From: an uncultured Candidatus Saccharibacteria bacterium | GTDB taxonomy: Bacteria; Patescibacteriota; Minisyncoccia; Phycocordibacterales; UBA1006 | NCBI GenBank assembly: GCA_964464735.1 | Contig: CAYXKF010000002.1 | Coordinates: 3,833-67,832 of the forward strand | Reading direction: 5' to 3' | Length of the DNA: 64,000 nucleotides | The notes under the pieces: model-generated | Seen by the model: only the letters and a program-made list of their open reading frames with translations | What the model was told of the DNA's origin: nothing | Databases searched by the model: none | Translations under genes and position numbers: made by a program | In this document: one piece after another, positions 1 through 9,443 of the stretch | Layout: each line of letters begins with the position of its first letter | How positions within the stretch are numbered: position 1 is the first letter of the stretch

Positions 1-69
1 CTTAAGAAAGACAGCAAGCGATACTCCCGCTATTCCCCCGCCTGATATAAGAATCTTTTTGTTTTCCAT
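1..69 (-). CDS. FAD-dependent oxidoreductase/monooxygenase, N-terminus only (runs off the window)
   Basis: Manual translation MENKKILISGGGIAGVSLAVFLK contains the GxGxxG Rossmann motif. Confidence 0.75.
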   Translation of the reverse strand, partial: MENKKILISGGGIAGVSLAVFLK

Positions 70-99
70 GAATGTATCGAAAATCTAACATGCAAGTGC

Positions 100-429
100 T
101 TACTCGAGCTCTTTTGAAACTATAGCAATATATGTACCGGCAATCCCCCACAACACGGGTGACCAAAAGGTAATGCCAAGAAAGTCAGACTGAAGATACG
201 CCCACGCGCCAGCATGAGTACCTGCTATATCACAAATGGTACCAAACAAACCAATCCATATAAATATCTTAAGTAACTTTTTTGACTTATGGCGTGCAAT
301 CATCACTGCACTTAAGGCAAACAACAGTATGGCAAGAATCAGTGAATGCGTATACAAAAGAAACACCAAACTAAGTGCGATAACACAAAAAAGAGAATCT
401 ATTATCGTTTTCGTAAATGCTTTTTTCAT
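100..429 (-). CDS. Small membrane protein (DUF2878-like)
   Basis: About 4 TM helices; GAWAY...PVLWG pattern. Confidence 0.55.
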   Translation of the reverse strand: MKKAFTKTIIDSLFCVIALSLVFLLYTHSLILAILLFALSAVMIARHKSKKLLKIFIWIGLFGTICDIAGTHAGAWAYLQSDFLGITFWSPVLWGIAGTYIAIVSKELE

Positions 430-432
430 ACA

Positions 433-885
433 TTAATTGGTGATGTTAACTAACCCTTTCATTTGAGGATACAGGTCATCATGATACGCAAAAGGTCCTG
501 CTTTTTTAAACGTAAATGTATACGATTGGCCGGGTTCTAATGTTTTTGTACCAGCATATCCTAAGGTATCGGCAGTAACCTTGTGGGTCACTGTGTCATT
601 ATTTGTCCACATTACTTTTTGACCAGCTTTAATAGTTACTTCGGTTGGAGCAAACCCAGCGCTTGTGATACTGATTTTTGCATTAACAACTTCAGGTACT
701 GGCTTAGGCACAACCGGCGCAGAATCTGTAGGTTTTGTAGTAGGAGTCTCTGTCACCACAAGGGCAGGTTCTTCAACTAAAACTTGCGGCTGTGCTTTTT
801 TCTTAAGCACAACAATGCCGACAACAATAAGCGCGGCTAACACTACAAGCGAAATACCTATGATAAGATGTTTTTTCATATACAA
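433..885 (-). CDS. Membrane-anchored cupredoxin-domain protein
   Basis: N-terminal TM, P/T linker, then FAPTEVTIKAGQKVMWTNND..H..LEPGQSYTFTF..G...MKG plastocyanin-like pattern. Confidence 0.8.
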   Translation of the reverse strand: MYMKKHLIIGISLVVLAALIVVGIVVLKKKAQPQVLVEEPALVVTETPTTKPTDSAPVVPKPVPEVVNAKISITSAGFAPTEVTIKAGQKVMWTNNDTVTHKVTADTLGYAGTKTLEPGQSYTFTFKKAGPFAYHDDLYPQMKGLVNITN

Positions 886-896
886 GATTTTTTACA

Positions 897-1301
897 TTAA
901 GCAGAAACAGATTTACCAAGAAGCAGTGCATACACCTTGCGGTTTTGCCAAAGGAAGTAAATATTAATCAACAGTAATACATTTCCCATGATCGCACCCG
1001 CAGCAAACAATCCGCCATCAAGGAACGCATGAAATAAGACGATGTTCAGCGTAATCGGCAAAATCAAAAGTGCAACCAAAGCCATCCGATTCATGATGGT
1101 CAAAATAATCGAAGCCGCAAACACCAACGCCATGGTATACATGACGTATTTTGTGACGTACAGCATGCTAATAAAATCGAAGGCGATCGCTGTGCTATAC
1201 ATATCTGCAGTCGGTTGAGGAAATATCCCCAGCACACCAAGAATAGGCGTGATAATAAGAAGGCACAGGACTACTCGTAAGATGATGTTGATTATTTTCA
1301 T
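897..1301 (-). CDS. DoxX-like membrane protein
   Basis: 4 TM helices; LILPITLNIVLFHAFLD motif. Confidence 0.65.
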   Translation of the reverse strand: MKIINIILRVVLCLLIITPILGVLGIFPQPTADMYSTAIAFDFISMLYVTKYVMYTMALVFAASIILTIMNRMALVALLILPITLNIVLFHAFLDGGLFAAGAIMGNVLLLINIYFLWQNRKVYALLLGKSVSA

Positions 1302-1347
1302 ATCTAAAAGTATATCATAAACAAGAAAAACTTTTCCGGCACGGTGA

Positions 1348-1776
1348 TTATTTCTTGTCCGAAGATTCTATCACCCATTCAATGCCGTACTTGTCCCGAA
1401 ACATGCCAAAATACGTACCCCAAGGACTGTCGCCCATCGGACCTTCAATCTTTCCACCTACTGAGAGCCCATTGAATAACCTCTCTGCCTCTTCCCTGCT
1501 TTTTGCACTGACTAGGATTTTGCTTCGGTTTTCGTTTTCATTTACCTGACCCATGAACGACGGCACGTCATTTGCGGCAAGCATGCTACCGTTGCCGATT
1601 GGAAGCGCAATCATCATTAGCTTGTTTGCTTCAGTATCGGGTACCTGAAATTCGGGACTTGCAAGATCTTTGAAACGGACCATTTTTGTAAATTCGCCGC
1701 CAAATACTGATTTATAAAACGTAAACGCTTCTTCGGCATTGCCGTTAAAGTTAATCCAAGGATTTATTGTTGCCAT
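1348..1776 (-). CDS. VOC/PhnB-family (glyoxalase-like) protein
   Basis: INPWINFNGNAEEAFTFYKSVFGG and WGTYFGMFRDKYGIEW motifs. Confidence 0.9.
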   Translation of the reverse strand: MATINPWINFNGNAEEAFTFYKSVFGGEFTKMVRFKDLASPEFQVPDTEANKLMMIALPIGNGSMLAANDVPSFMGQVNENENRSKILVSAKSREEAERLFNGLSVGGKIEGPMGDSPWGTYFGMFRDKYGIEWVIESSDKK

Positions 1777-1957
1777 AGCTTAACGATATCAAATAGCAAC
1801 AGCTTGGTAAAGTTTCTCTTTAACAAAGATTAATTTAGAAACCAAAATTTCCGCTCTGATACAAGGTGCACTAACATCAATATTCGCATAGGGCTTTGGA
1901 ATATATATTACGCTCTTGTTGTAAGTAGAACCCTGATTCGATATACTTTCCCTACCT

Positions 1958-2422
1958 ATGACACTTGATTCAATGATACTTATAAACGCAATAGGATTAT
2001 TCTTTTTCATCGCCGGATTCGTGATTGGACTTGGTGCAGTAACCGTAATAGACATCCATGGATTCCTCGGGCGCACATCTTCGTATTGGACCGAGGCAAC
2101 TACTCGCACACACAAAGTCACCAAGCCGTTAATATGGGCAGGTATTATTCTTGCCATAATTGGTGGATGTATTTACTACCAAGGCGAAAGCTTTTGGGGT
2201 ATTCCGCTTGTCCACACCATTATTGCGCTTGTCCTCATCATCAACGGATGCTTCTTGTCTTTTGTTGTAAGCCCATTCATGCTAAAACGCGAACACCAGG
2301 GTCGTTCTAGTGAACTTATTCCACACGCATGGCAAATAAAAATCATGGCAAGTCTTATTGTATCTGATATTGGCTGGTGGGGCGGATTAGTTTTGCTTGT
2401 AGTGTACATAGTAAGTAAATAG
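1958..2422 (+). CDS. Hypothetical 4-TM membrane protein
   Basis: Hydrophobic ORF with upstream TATACT and downstream hairpin at about 2424-2447. Confidence 0.7.
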   Translation: MTLDSMILINAIGLFFFIAGFVIGLGAVTVIDIHGFLGRTSSYWTEATTRTHKVTKPLIWAGIILAIIGGCIYYQGESFWGIPLVHTIIALVLIINGCFLSFVVSPFMLKREHQGRSSELIPHAWQIKIMASLIVSDIGWWGGLVLLVVYIVSK

Positions 2423-2556
2423 CAAAAAGCGCCGCATGGCGTTTTTTGTATAAGGTTTTTAGGGTCTAATGGAGAAATTGTTTTAGTGTACAAAATTAAC
2501 AACCAAAGTTTGATTAACAAAGGCTGGGATATATACCGGCTTTTTTGTACTTAAAA

Positions 2557-3093
2557 TTAATAGAGCTCAGGGTGCTCGAGCTGGACCATTGCCATGATAA
2601 TGGCATATCTTGTTTGATCTTCTCGGGGCATTCTTCCTTTGGTAAGTATACCAACAATACCGCCTGGCAGACTCCCCGCCTTTTCATGCTCAGTAAGTCC
2701 ACTTTTCTTAAAAGCCTGACTTCCATCCATTCCATTCAAAATTAACTGGGTGACCTTCCGAGGCCATTCAAAAGCAGGAGAAAGACCCAGGGCAATATTT
2801 CTTCCATCATAAATTGCACAAGCGGCTGTTTCTAAAAAACCACTTTTCGAACCAGGAACCCCGATAAGTCCGCTTTCAATACCAAAACTATAATCAGCAT
2901 TATCAAAAGCTTGTTTTGCCCGTTCTATTGCCCCCTCGACCACCTCTTGTATATTTTTAGGATGACCAAATTGTTCAATCTTTACATCTACACCAAAGAC
3001 TTCTGCATCTGGGAAAATCCCAGGGTACATTTTTACCGCATCTTTTACCGATTCTATTTTGGTAATATTTTGTGAGCCAACATTTATTTTCAT
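2557..3093 (-). CDS. yjjX: Non-canonical inosine/xanthosine triphosphatase (YjjX/DUF84 family)
   Basis: VGSQN..K, GAIERA, FGIESG and GIVGILTKG..R motifs. Confidence 0.85.
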   Translation of the reverse strand: MKINVGSQNITKIESVKDAVKMYPGIFPDAEVFGVDVKIEQFGHPKNIQEVVEGAIERAKQAFDNADYSFGIESGLIGVPGSKSGFLETAACAIYDGRNIALGLSPAFEWPRKVTQLILNGMDGSQAFKKSGLTEHEKAGSLPGGIVGILTKGRMPREDQTRYAIIMAMVQLEHPELY

Positions 3094-3114
3094 AGATACT
3101 TATTTTACTTTAAT

Positions 3115-3648
3115 TTATGAATACGAGTGACTAACAATACATTTTACGGCATCCAAAAGTGTTTCTGCTGTATAAGTCGCTTGCTTAGCAACAACCGGAA
3201 TATTTGCAGTTTTTACAAGTATAGTTTTTGCTCCAGCGTTAATTCCCGCATTCACGTCCGATTCGCGATCACCTACCATATAAATATTGGCAAGATTAAG
3301 ATTAAATTCCTCTGCTGCATCTAAAATCATCTTAGGTTTTGGCTTTCGGCAAATACAGTTATCATTTGGCCCATGTGGGCACATAAACGTTTTTAAAATT
3401 TTTATCCCACTTGGTGCAAGCATTTCTAAAACTTTATTATTGATGCGATAAAAATCATTAACGGTTATTCTTCCCTCGGATATTCCGGCCTGATTCGTAA
3501 CAATAATAACCGCAAAATCATGATCGGCAAGATATTTTAATGCTTCGATGCTGTCAGGAAAAAGCTCGATCTTCTCTTCGGTATCAACCCGCTCATCAGG
3601 CGGATCAACAATAATGGTACCATCGCGATCAAGTAAGACTACTTTCAT
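3115..3648 (-). CDS. HAD class IIIA phosphatase (GmhB / histidinol-phosphatase-like)
   Basis: LDRDGT, VTNQAG, CPH...C.CRKPKP and MVGDRESD motifs; start reassigned to ATG 3648 behind TGTTATACT. Confidence 0.88.
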   Translation of the reverse strand: MKVVLLDRDGTIIVDPPDERVDTEEKIELFPDSIEALKYLADHDFAVIIVTNQAGISEGRITVNDFYRINNKVLEMLAPSGIKILKTFMCPHGPNDNCICRKPKPKMILDAAEEFNLNLANIYMVGDRESDVNAGINAGAKTILVKTANIPVVAKQATYTAETLLDAVKCIVSHSYS

Positions 3649-3735
3649 GGCGATAGTATAACAGATTTTTATCTTACCCCGAACGCTGAATGAATTTCGA
3701 AAAGCTATTATCAGTGAAAATGCTATAATTCCGAG

Positions 3736-4302
3736 ATGAAAGAAATTATCGGGGGCATCGCCACCGTACTCACATTTGTTGCCTATATTCCATACTACCG
3801 AGACATACTTAAGGGTAAAACCCGCCCGCATGTTTATAGCTGGTCATTGTGGGGACTTTTAACAATCTTGATAGTTGCCCTTCAAATCAAAGGTGGCGCA
3901 GGACCCGCCACCTGGGTAACAGCCGCCGCGGGTTTGCTTTGTATTGGAGTGGTTATTTTGAGCCTTAAAAACGGTAAAAGAGATATTACCTACTCTGATA
4001 CAATCACAGCCATTTTATCATTAATAGCCATTGGATTTTGGGTAATAGCTAAACAACCTGTCATTTCAATTATTTTGGTAGTCATTGCTGACATATTAGC
4101 ATTCTTTCCGACAGTGCGTAAGTCATGGAATCAGCCCCATACGGAAACGGTATCGCTATATGCAACAAACGCACTTCGTTTTGCTTTAGCAATTCTTGCA
4201 GTTGAACACTACAGCATTCTTTCCACTCTCTGGATTGCAGTATGGGCTGCAGCAAATGGATTATTTTCGATTATGCTGGTTATAAGACGTAAATATAAGT
4301 AA
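3736..4302 (+). CDS. Hypothetical multi-TM membrane protein (PQ-loop-like duplication)
   Basis: AYIPYYRDILKGKTRPH..SW and FFPTVRKSW.QP.TE halves. Confidence 0.7.
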   Translation: MKEIIGGIATVLTFVAYIPYYRDILKGKTRPHVYSWSLWGLLTILIVALQIKGGAGPATWVTAAAGLLCIGVVILSLKNGKRDITYSDTITAILSLIAIGFWVIAKQPVISIILVVIADILAFFPTVRKSWNQPHTETVSLYATNALRFALAILAVEHYSILSTLWIAVWAAANGLFSIMLVIRRKYK

Positions 4303-4352
4303 ACCTCAAAAAATGTCCCCGTAGGGTACTTCTAGAATCGGTAAACAGTATT

Positions 4353-4427
4353 CTCGAACTGGAGAAAGCCTTACTGCAAAAGAAAAAGAGAGCACTTTCG
4401 TGCTCTCTCATCCTATAGTGCTCGGGA
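4353..4427. repeat. Diverged copy of the tRNA-Asn 3' flank (copy 1)
   Basis: Shares CTCGAAC, CACTTTCGTG and GCTC(C)GGGA at nearly identical spacing with 5301-5377. Confidence 0.6.
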
Positions 4428-4475
4428 TCGTTGAACGTGTTAGAGCCTGGTTGATTCAAAATGAAATATTCTTAC

Positions 4476-5162
4476 CTAATCTGGAAGACCGGCAAGATCA
4501 TTTTCACTTGCAGCTATAACTAAAAAAATAAGTTTCCCATAGAAGACATAAACCCAGACAGACTGCATTGTCTCTGTATTAGCGTACCCATACGAATAGA
4601 CATTTTGATGATCAAAATTCCATCGTAATGTTTCTTGTATCTCTTTTGGTATTAAATCAATTCTCTCATAAAAAGCATGTTTCATTATAAAATCGTCTGG
4701 CATTTTTTGCTTGAACGTGTAAAAAAATAGACACTTTGTATATTTCTGTATAATCCTGTGGTAAATCTTCCAATCATCTTCAGATATATGTAAGAGCGCT
4801 TTTGGAATACGGGTTCCATCTTGATAAGTTATGTAAGCTGGAGCCATCTTTTTTAAAAGGTTTGCTGCTTTACCAGGAGCTTTCTCCATAGATCTTTTTA
4901 TTTTTCCTTTTAGAATATTGTCAGGGATGGAAGATTCTTCGCCAGAGGAGAGCGTTATCAAAAAGGTTCTAAAAAGTTCCTCATGGTGAGAATAGCTTTG
5001 GTTACAGGTTCTACATGTTGGAACAATAATTAGATCTTCGGTTCTGCCCTTAAAATAATCATCTGGAAATAAGTTTCGAGACACTGCGTGTTCTCGTGTA
5101 ATATTTTCAGTAGAAAGGCAAAATATACATCTTTTTTCTTGCTCTTCATTTGAAAATCCCAT
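4476..5162 (-). CDS. HNH-endonuclease-like protein
   Basis: CIFC...TREHAV...VPTCRTCN zinc/HNH signature; AT-rich. Confidence 0.7.
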   Translation of the reverse strand: MGFSNEEQEKRCIFCLSTENITREHAVSRNLFPDDYFKGRTEDLIIVPTCRTCNQSYSHHEELFRTFLITLSSGEESSIPDNILKGKIKRSMEKAPGKAANLLKKMAPAYITYQDGTRIPKALLHISEDDWKIYHRIIQKYTKCLFFYTFKQKMPDDFIMKHAFYERIDLIPKEIQETLRWNFDHQNVYSYGYANTETMQSVWVYVFYGKLIFLVIAASENDLAGLPD

Positions 5163-5300
5163 TTTATGAATATACAGCATTATGAGATTAAAGTCAGCGT
5201 TTTTCAATTTGGCTCGAACCTAAGTAAAATATATAAAAACCATATTTATCAAGCCTTCTTACGAAAGCAAGGTTTTTACTCAAGAATAGATTTTTCTCCG

Positions 5301-5377
5301 CTCGAACCTAAAAAGCGGCTTGCCCTTAAAGAACAAAACACCACTTTCGTGGCGTCTGTTCCTTCTTGGCTCCGGGA
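5301..5377. repeat. tRNA-Asn 3' end plus downstream terminator (copy 2)
   Basis: See 4353-4427; hairpin with CACGAAAGTG core on the minus strand. Confidence 0.6.
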
Positions 5378-5441
5378 GCAGGATTCGAACCTGCGACCAA
5401 TCGCTTAACAGGCGACTGCTCTACCGCTGAGCTATCCCGGA
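5367..5441 (-). tRNA. tRNA-Asn(GTT)
   Basis: Reverse complement TCCGGGATAGCTCAGCGGTAGAGCAGTCGCCTGTTAAGCGATTGGTCGCAGGTTCGAATCCTGCTCCCGGAGCCA forms a cloverleaf with GTT anticodon, TTCGAAT T-loop and encoded CCA. Confidence 0.97.
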
Positions 5442-5512
5442 ATATCTAAACTTACAAGGCCCATCTTGTAGGATGAGCCTTGCTAATATAGCAAAATCTT
5501 AAGATAAATCAA

Positions 5513-5722
5513 TTACTTGCGACCCTTGGCATATGCCGCATTTAAGGCAACACATTCGGGGGTTTTATCTTGTACCTGGCAGCGCAATTTATGCACTTCG
5601 GCCTCTAGGCTTTGGGCATATTCTCCCCCGCCGCCCAATTTATCAAACAGGTACAAAAAGCACAGCGACCCGACAATCAGGACGGTAAAGTAAATAAACG
5701 GGCGCAGGGCTCTCCAAATCAT
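5513..5722 (-). CDS. Small single-TM hypothetical protein
   Basis: N-terminal TM, two C-terminal Cys; TGCTATACT upstream of ATG. Confidence 0.55.
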   Translation of the reverse strand: MIWRALRPFIYFTVLIVGSLCFLYLFDKLGGGGEYAQSLEAEVHKLRCQVQDKTPECVALNAAYAKGRK

Positions 5723-5778
5723 ATATATCCAGTATAGCAAAACCGCCGGCTTTATAAAGCGGCGGTTGTTGCAAGTAA

Positions 5779-6363
5779 TTACATGTCGATACCAAAGCGT
5801 TTGTATTCGAAGGTCTTGATGTCCCCGAACCAGTGCTTGATTTCGTGCGCCGCTTCTTCGGCAGTTTCAGAACAGTGTACGATGTTCATAACCGCGCGCT
5901 TTTCTTTGTTGGCCATTGCAGGCGAATCGATTGAAAAGTCTCCACGGATGGTTCCCACTTCGGCCAAGTATGGCATGGTTGGACCGGCAATCTTGCGTAC
6001 CACATCTACGGCATGGACACCTTGCACTACCATCTTTACCAACGGTGCAGATGTCATGTAGTCGATAAGCCACTTGCGGATTTCGGGACCGATCTTTGCT
6101 GCGTCAGTTGTGCCAAAGTCAGCTTGTGCATCGTATCCATATTTTTCGTAGGTCGAAAGCGTCTTGTTTCCTAAACGAGTAATCCATTCTTCACTTTTTG
6201 GATAGTGGTCGTTAATCTGATCGAATGATGGCTGAAACATTTCAAGCGCAACGATCTTAAGATCGCGTTGTTCAAGTCGTTTGATCACTTCGCCAGTCAG
6301 GCCTTTCATGACGCCGTCAGGCTTAAGCATTACATATGTTTTTTCTTCTTTCGGGTTGTACAT
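5779..6363 (-). CDS. ndk: Nucleoside diphosphate kinase (long insertion type)
   Basis: EKTYVMLKPDGV, GTIRGDF and NIVHCSE motifs. Confidence 0.95.
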   Translation of the reverse strand: MYNPKEEKTYVMLKPDGVMKGLTGEVIKRLEQRDLKIVALEMFQPSFDQINDHYPKSEEWITRLGNKTLSTYEKYGYDAQADFGTTDAAKIGPEIRKWLIDYMTSAPLVKMVVQGVHAVDVVRKIAGPTMPYLAEVGTIRGDFSIDSPAMANKEKRAVMNIVHCSETAEEAAHEIKHWFGDIKTFEYKRFGIDM

Positions 6364-6486
6364 ATCTATATAGTTGATTGTTGAATAATGACGCAATACT
6401 AACAGATGAGACAAAAAAAGCAACGAAAAAGCCTCCTATTTTCAGGAAGCCTCTCATTTTGACCTTTGATCGCTCATTATTACACT

Positions 6487-6717
6487 TTAGATGTTTTCAG
6501 CCCAGCTGAACCATCTTTTTGTGCGGCTATAGAGAAAATCTGTCGGTATTGGTAAATACTGGACTGTAGTGCTTACCAGAATTACCGCAAATCCTCCCAT
6601 AGCATTTTCAACCGTTGCTCCAGCAAACATACAGATAAAGCATGCTCCGATAATTGCCAGAATAGAGTTGACCCTTAGAGCGAACCATAAACAGGTCCAT
6701 TGATCCTTTGTATTCAT
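6487..6717 (-). CDS. Small 2-TM hypothetical protein
   Basis: Hydrophobic 76-aa ORF filling the intergenic space. Confidence 0.45.
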   Translation of the reverse strand: MNTKDQWTCLWFALRVNSILAIIGACFICMFAGATVENAMGGFAVILVSTTVQYLPIPTDFLYSRTKRWFSWAENI

Positions 6718-6779
6718 AACCTAAGTTTTGAAAAATGATACCTTATTTATCAGAAAAGTCAATATTCTCAAACCCAAAC

Positions 6780-6803
6780 AAAAACCGGCGAAAGCCGGTT
6801 TTT
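6780..6803 (-). terminator. Intrinsic terminator after rpsG
   Basis: AAAAACCGGC-GAAA-GCCGGTTTTT hairpin. Confidence 0.85.
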
Positions 6804-6822
6804 GTGTTTGAATATAAATAGA

Positions 6823-7293
6823 TTACCAAGCAAGGTGAGCAAACGCTTTGTTGGCATCTGCCATCTTGTGCGTATCCTCTTTCTTCTTTACCGCATTTCC
6901 TTCGTTCTTGCTTGCAAGAACAATTTCCTCGGCAAGACGCTCTGCCATTTTTGTTCCCTTTTTGCCGCGGGCTTCGCCAACGATCCATCGAAGGGCCAAG
7001 ATTGTTCGTCGGTCTGGGCGAACTTCGCGCGGAATCTGATAGTTCGAACCACCAACTCGGCGTGATCGCACCTCCATGGTCGGAGCAGCATTCTTCATCG
7101 CAAGATCAAATACTTCAAGTGGATCCTGGTTGCCGGTTTTTTCCTTGATCAGTTCAAAGGCATCGTAAACAATTGTCTGTGCAACCGTCTTTTTACCTGA
7201 CCACATGACGTAGTTCATCAGGCGAGATACTTTTTCCGAACCGTATTTCTGGTCGGCTACTACTATATTTTTTCGTTTGATTGGTCGTCGCAT
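6823..7293 (-). CDS. rpsG: 30S ribosomal protein S7
   Basis: [15 protein letters not shown] and [12 protein letters not shown]. Confidence 0.98.
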   Translation of the reverse strand: MRRPIKRKNIVVADQKYGSEKVSRLMNYVMWSGKKTVAQTIVYDAFELIKEKTGNQDPLEVFDLAMKNAAPTMEVRSRRVGGSNYQIPREVRPDRRTILALRWIVGEARGKKGTKMAERLAEEIVLASKNEGNAVKKKEDTHKMADANKAFAHLAW

Positions 7294-7298
7294 ATAAA

Positions 7299-7709
7299 TT
7301 ATTTAGGTCGCTTGGTACCGTAGCGAGATCGGGCCTGTCGGCGCTTAGCAACACCTTGGGTATCAAGGCGTCCACGTACTACCGTGTAACGTACTCCAGT
7401 AAGGTCCTTAACGCGACCACCACGGATGATAACTACCGAGTGTTCCTGAAGGTTGTGTCCTTCACCAGGAATGTAAGCAGTTACTTCCATGCGGTTGGTC
7501 AAACGTACGCGGGCAATTTTTCGAAGCGCCGAGTTAGGCTTTTTAGGAGTCGTAGTCGTTACCTTAGTACATACGCCGCGCTTAAATGGAGATGCGTATG
7601 AAGTCGGCTTGTTTTCAAGCGCATTGAAACCGCGCGACAAAGCCACCGCTTTACTTTTGCGGGTTACCTTTTTTCGATTGCGGCGCACTAATTGGTTCAA
7701 TGTTGGCAT
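7299..7709 (-). CDS. rpsL: 30S ribosomal protein S12
   Basis: [20 protein letters not shown] and RGGRVKDL. Confidence 0.98.
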   Translation of the reverse strand: MPTLNQLVRRNRKKVTRKSKAVALSRGFNALENKPTSYASPFKRGVCTKVTTTTPKKPNSALRKIARVRLTNRMEVTAYIPGEGHNLQEHSVVIIRGGRVKDLTGVRYTVVRGRLDTQGVAKRRQARSRYGTKRPK

Positions 7710-7748
7710 AGGTGATAGATTACTTATTTTATCGTATTTAGCAAGGGC

Positions 7749-8288
7749 TTATTTTTTAAACGGAACACCAAGGTATTCGTAGAACATCTGCCCTTCTTTT
7801 TTTGATCCGGCGGTCGACACCAATGTAACAGCAAGGCTAAATACATCACGGACGTCTTCGTTTGCCGTTTCAGGGAAAATCGTATGCTCGCGGACACCGA
7901 ACGTCAGGTTACCAATGTTATCAACCGAGTCCTTTGAAAGACCGCGAAAGTCCTTAGTTCGAGGAAGCGCAATGTGGATTAGTTTATCCAAAAAGTCACG
8001 CATGCGTTCACCACGAAGTGTCACATACTGCCCTACGGCGTCACCAGTGCGGATCTTAAATCCTGCGATTGATTTTTTAGCAGCAGTAGCCGAAGGCTTT
8101 TGGCCGGTAATTTTAGCCAAACGTTCTGCAACGTGCTTTTGAAATTCACGGTCAACCTTAGCGCGCTTACCCGTACCGACGCTGATGACAATTTTTTGCA
8201 ATCGAGGAGCCGCAAGCTTATTAGTGTAGCCGCCTTGGTCTTTCAGAGCCTGATATGCATTATCCAGTTTTTGCTTCATCGTTTCCAT
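7749..8288 (-). CDS. rplE: 50S ribosomal protein L5
   Basis: ITGQKP..T.AKKSIAGFKIR and ALPRTKDFRGL. Confidence 0.97.
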   Translation of the reverse strand: METMKQKLDNAYQALKDQGGYTNKLAAPRLQKIVISVGTGKRAKVDREFQKHVAERLAKITGQKPSATAAKKSIAGFKIRTGDAVGQYVTLRGERMRDFLDKLIHIALPRTKDFRGLSKDSVDNIGNLTFGVREHTIFPETANEDVRDVFSLAVTLVSTAGSKKEGQMFYEYLGVPFKK

Positions 8289-8289
8289 A

Positions 8290-8607
8290 TTACTTTATTT
8301 CTTGTCCTGAACGCTTAGTAATGCGCATCTTTTTTCCAGATACTTGCTTAAAACCAACACGCGAATGCTTGCCTGTTTTGCTGTCGACAATCATGACGTT
8401 TGATGCATGAATCGGGGTAGCCATATCGATAAGTTGCGGCTTTGCACCCTTGATGTTTGCACGCTTCTTTTTTGAAACAACACGGACACCTTCGACGATA
8501 ACCATGTTAGCATCACGAAGTACGCGTACTACGCTTCCCTTCTTTCCCTTATCTGCACCGGTCATAACCATGACGGTATCTCCTTTTTTGATCTTCAGTG
8601 ATTTCAT
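8290..8607 (-). CDS. rplX: 50S ribosomal protein L24
   Basis: KIKKGDTV.V..G.DKGKKG and PIHASNV. Confidence 0.97.
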   Translation of the reverse strand: MKSLKIKKGDTVMVMTGADKGKKGSVVRVLRDANMVIVEGVRVVSKKKRANIKGAKPQLIDMATPIHASNVMIVDSKTGKHSRVGFKQVSGKKMRITKRSGQEIK

Positions 8608-8610
8608 ATA

Positions 8611-8979
8611 TTAAATAACTTCGGGTGCAAGTGATGCGATTTTCTGGAATCCTTTTTCAGCAAGTTCGCGTGGAATGGGGCCAAAGATACGTCCACCCTT
8701 AGGCTCTTTACCTTTTTCCAAAATAACGACTGCGTTTTCGTCGAAGCGAATGTACGAACCGTCCTTGCGGCGAAATGCTGTCTTTTGGCGTACAATAACT
8801 CCGCGAACAACGTCCTTCTTTTTAACTGCCTTGCGAGGTTCTGCAACCTTGATCGAAAGAACCACAATATCACCAAGCTGCGCGTAGCGGCGCTTTGACG
8901 CACCAAGCACTTTAAACACACGCCCGTGCTTTGCACCAGTGTTATCTGCAATTAAGATGTTTGAGCCTTCTTGAATCAT
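8611..8979 (-). CDS. rplN: 50S ribosomal protein L14
   Basis: [15 protein letters not shown] and RIFGP. Confidence 0.98.
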   Translation of the reverse strand: MIQEGSNILIADNTGAKHGRVFKVLGASKRRYAQLGDIVVLSIKVAEPRKAVKKKDVVRGVIVRQKTAFRRKDGSYIRFDENAVVILEKGKEPKGGRIFGPIPRELAEKGFQKIASLAPEVI

Positions 8980-8983
8980 ATAA

Positions 8984-9253
8984 TTATGCGGTTGCTACGA
9001 TATACGACTTGTCTTTTGAAATCGGGCGGCATGCCTTAATTTTAACGGCAGTACCAGGCATGATGTTCGCAGCATCGTCGGCATGTACTTTAAATTTCTT
9101 ACTAACGGTGTAGTACTTTCCGTATCGAGGGTGCTTGATAAAACGATCAATCTTAACGATCAATGTTTTTTGCATCTTGTTTGAAACAACGACACCTGAA
9201 ATCAGTTTCGCTTTTGCCTCGGTCTTTGGTTTTGCGGTAATGGTTTTTTTCAT
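8984..9253 (-). CDS. rpsQ: 30S ribosomal protein S17
   Basis: [17 protein letters not shown] and RPISKDK. Confidence 0.97.
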   Translation of the reverse strand: MKKTITAKPKTEAKAKLISGVVVSNKMQKTLIVKIDRFIKHPRYGKYYTVSKKFKVHADDAANIMPGTAVKIKACRPISKDKSYIVATA

Positions 9254-9262
9254 AAATAGTGA

Positions 9263-9439
9263 TTATGCGGCCTTTTTCAAAGCGGTCTGTATTCTACTGA
9301 TTGTCGTGCGAAGCGCAAGCTTTTTAGTCGTATCCTTTTCGGTCATCGAAAATCGCATATCGCGAAGTTCGGCGCTTTTTTCGGCATATAGCTTAACAAG
9401 TTCTTCTTTGGTCTTTTTAGCGATATCAGGGTATTTCAT
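9263..9439 (-). CDS. rpmC: 50S ribosomal protein L29 (58 aa, absent from the ORF track)
   Basis: Manual translation MKYPDIAKKTKEELVKLYAEKSAELRDMRFSMTEKDTTKKLALRTTISRIQTALKKAA; canonical position between rplP and rpsQ. Confidence 0.9.
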   Translation of the reverse strand: MKYPDIAKKTKEELVKLYAEKSAELRDMRFSMTEKDTTKKLALRTTISRIQTALKKAA

Positions 9440-9443
9440 ATAA

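Noticed and set aside
3649-3831. Long N-terminal extensions given by the ORF track (also ndk, 14480-15526, rpiB, 53195-54022, 60365-62350)
   Set aside because: They overlap neighbouring genes or promoter-like sites; downstream ATGs match family N-termini.
5166-5408. 80-aa ORF as a functional gene
   Set aside because: Runs antisense into tRNA-Asn; treated as a possible recombinase-tail remnant rather than an intact CDS.
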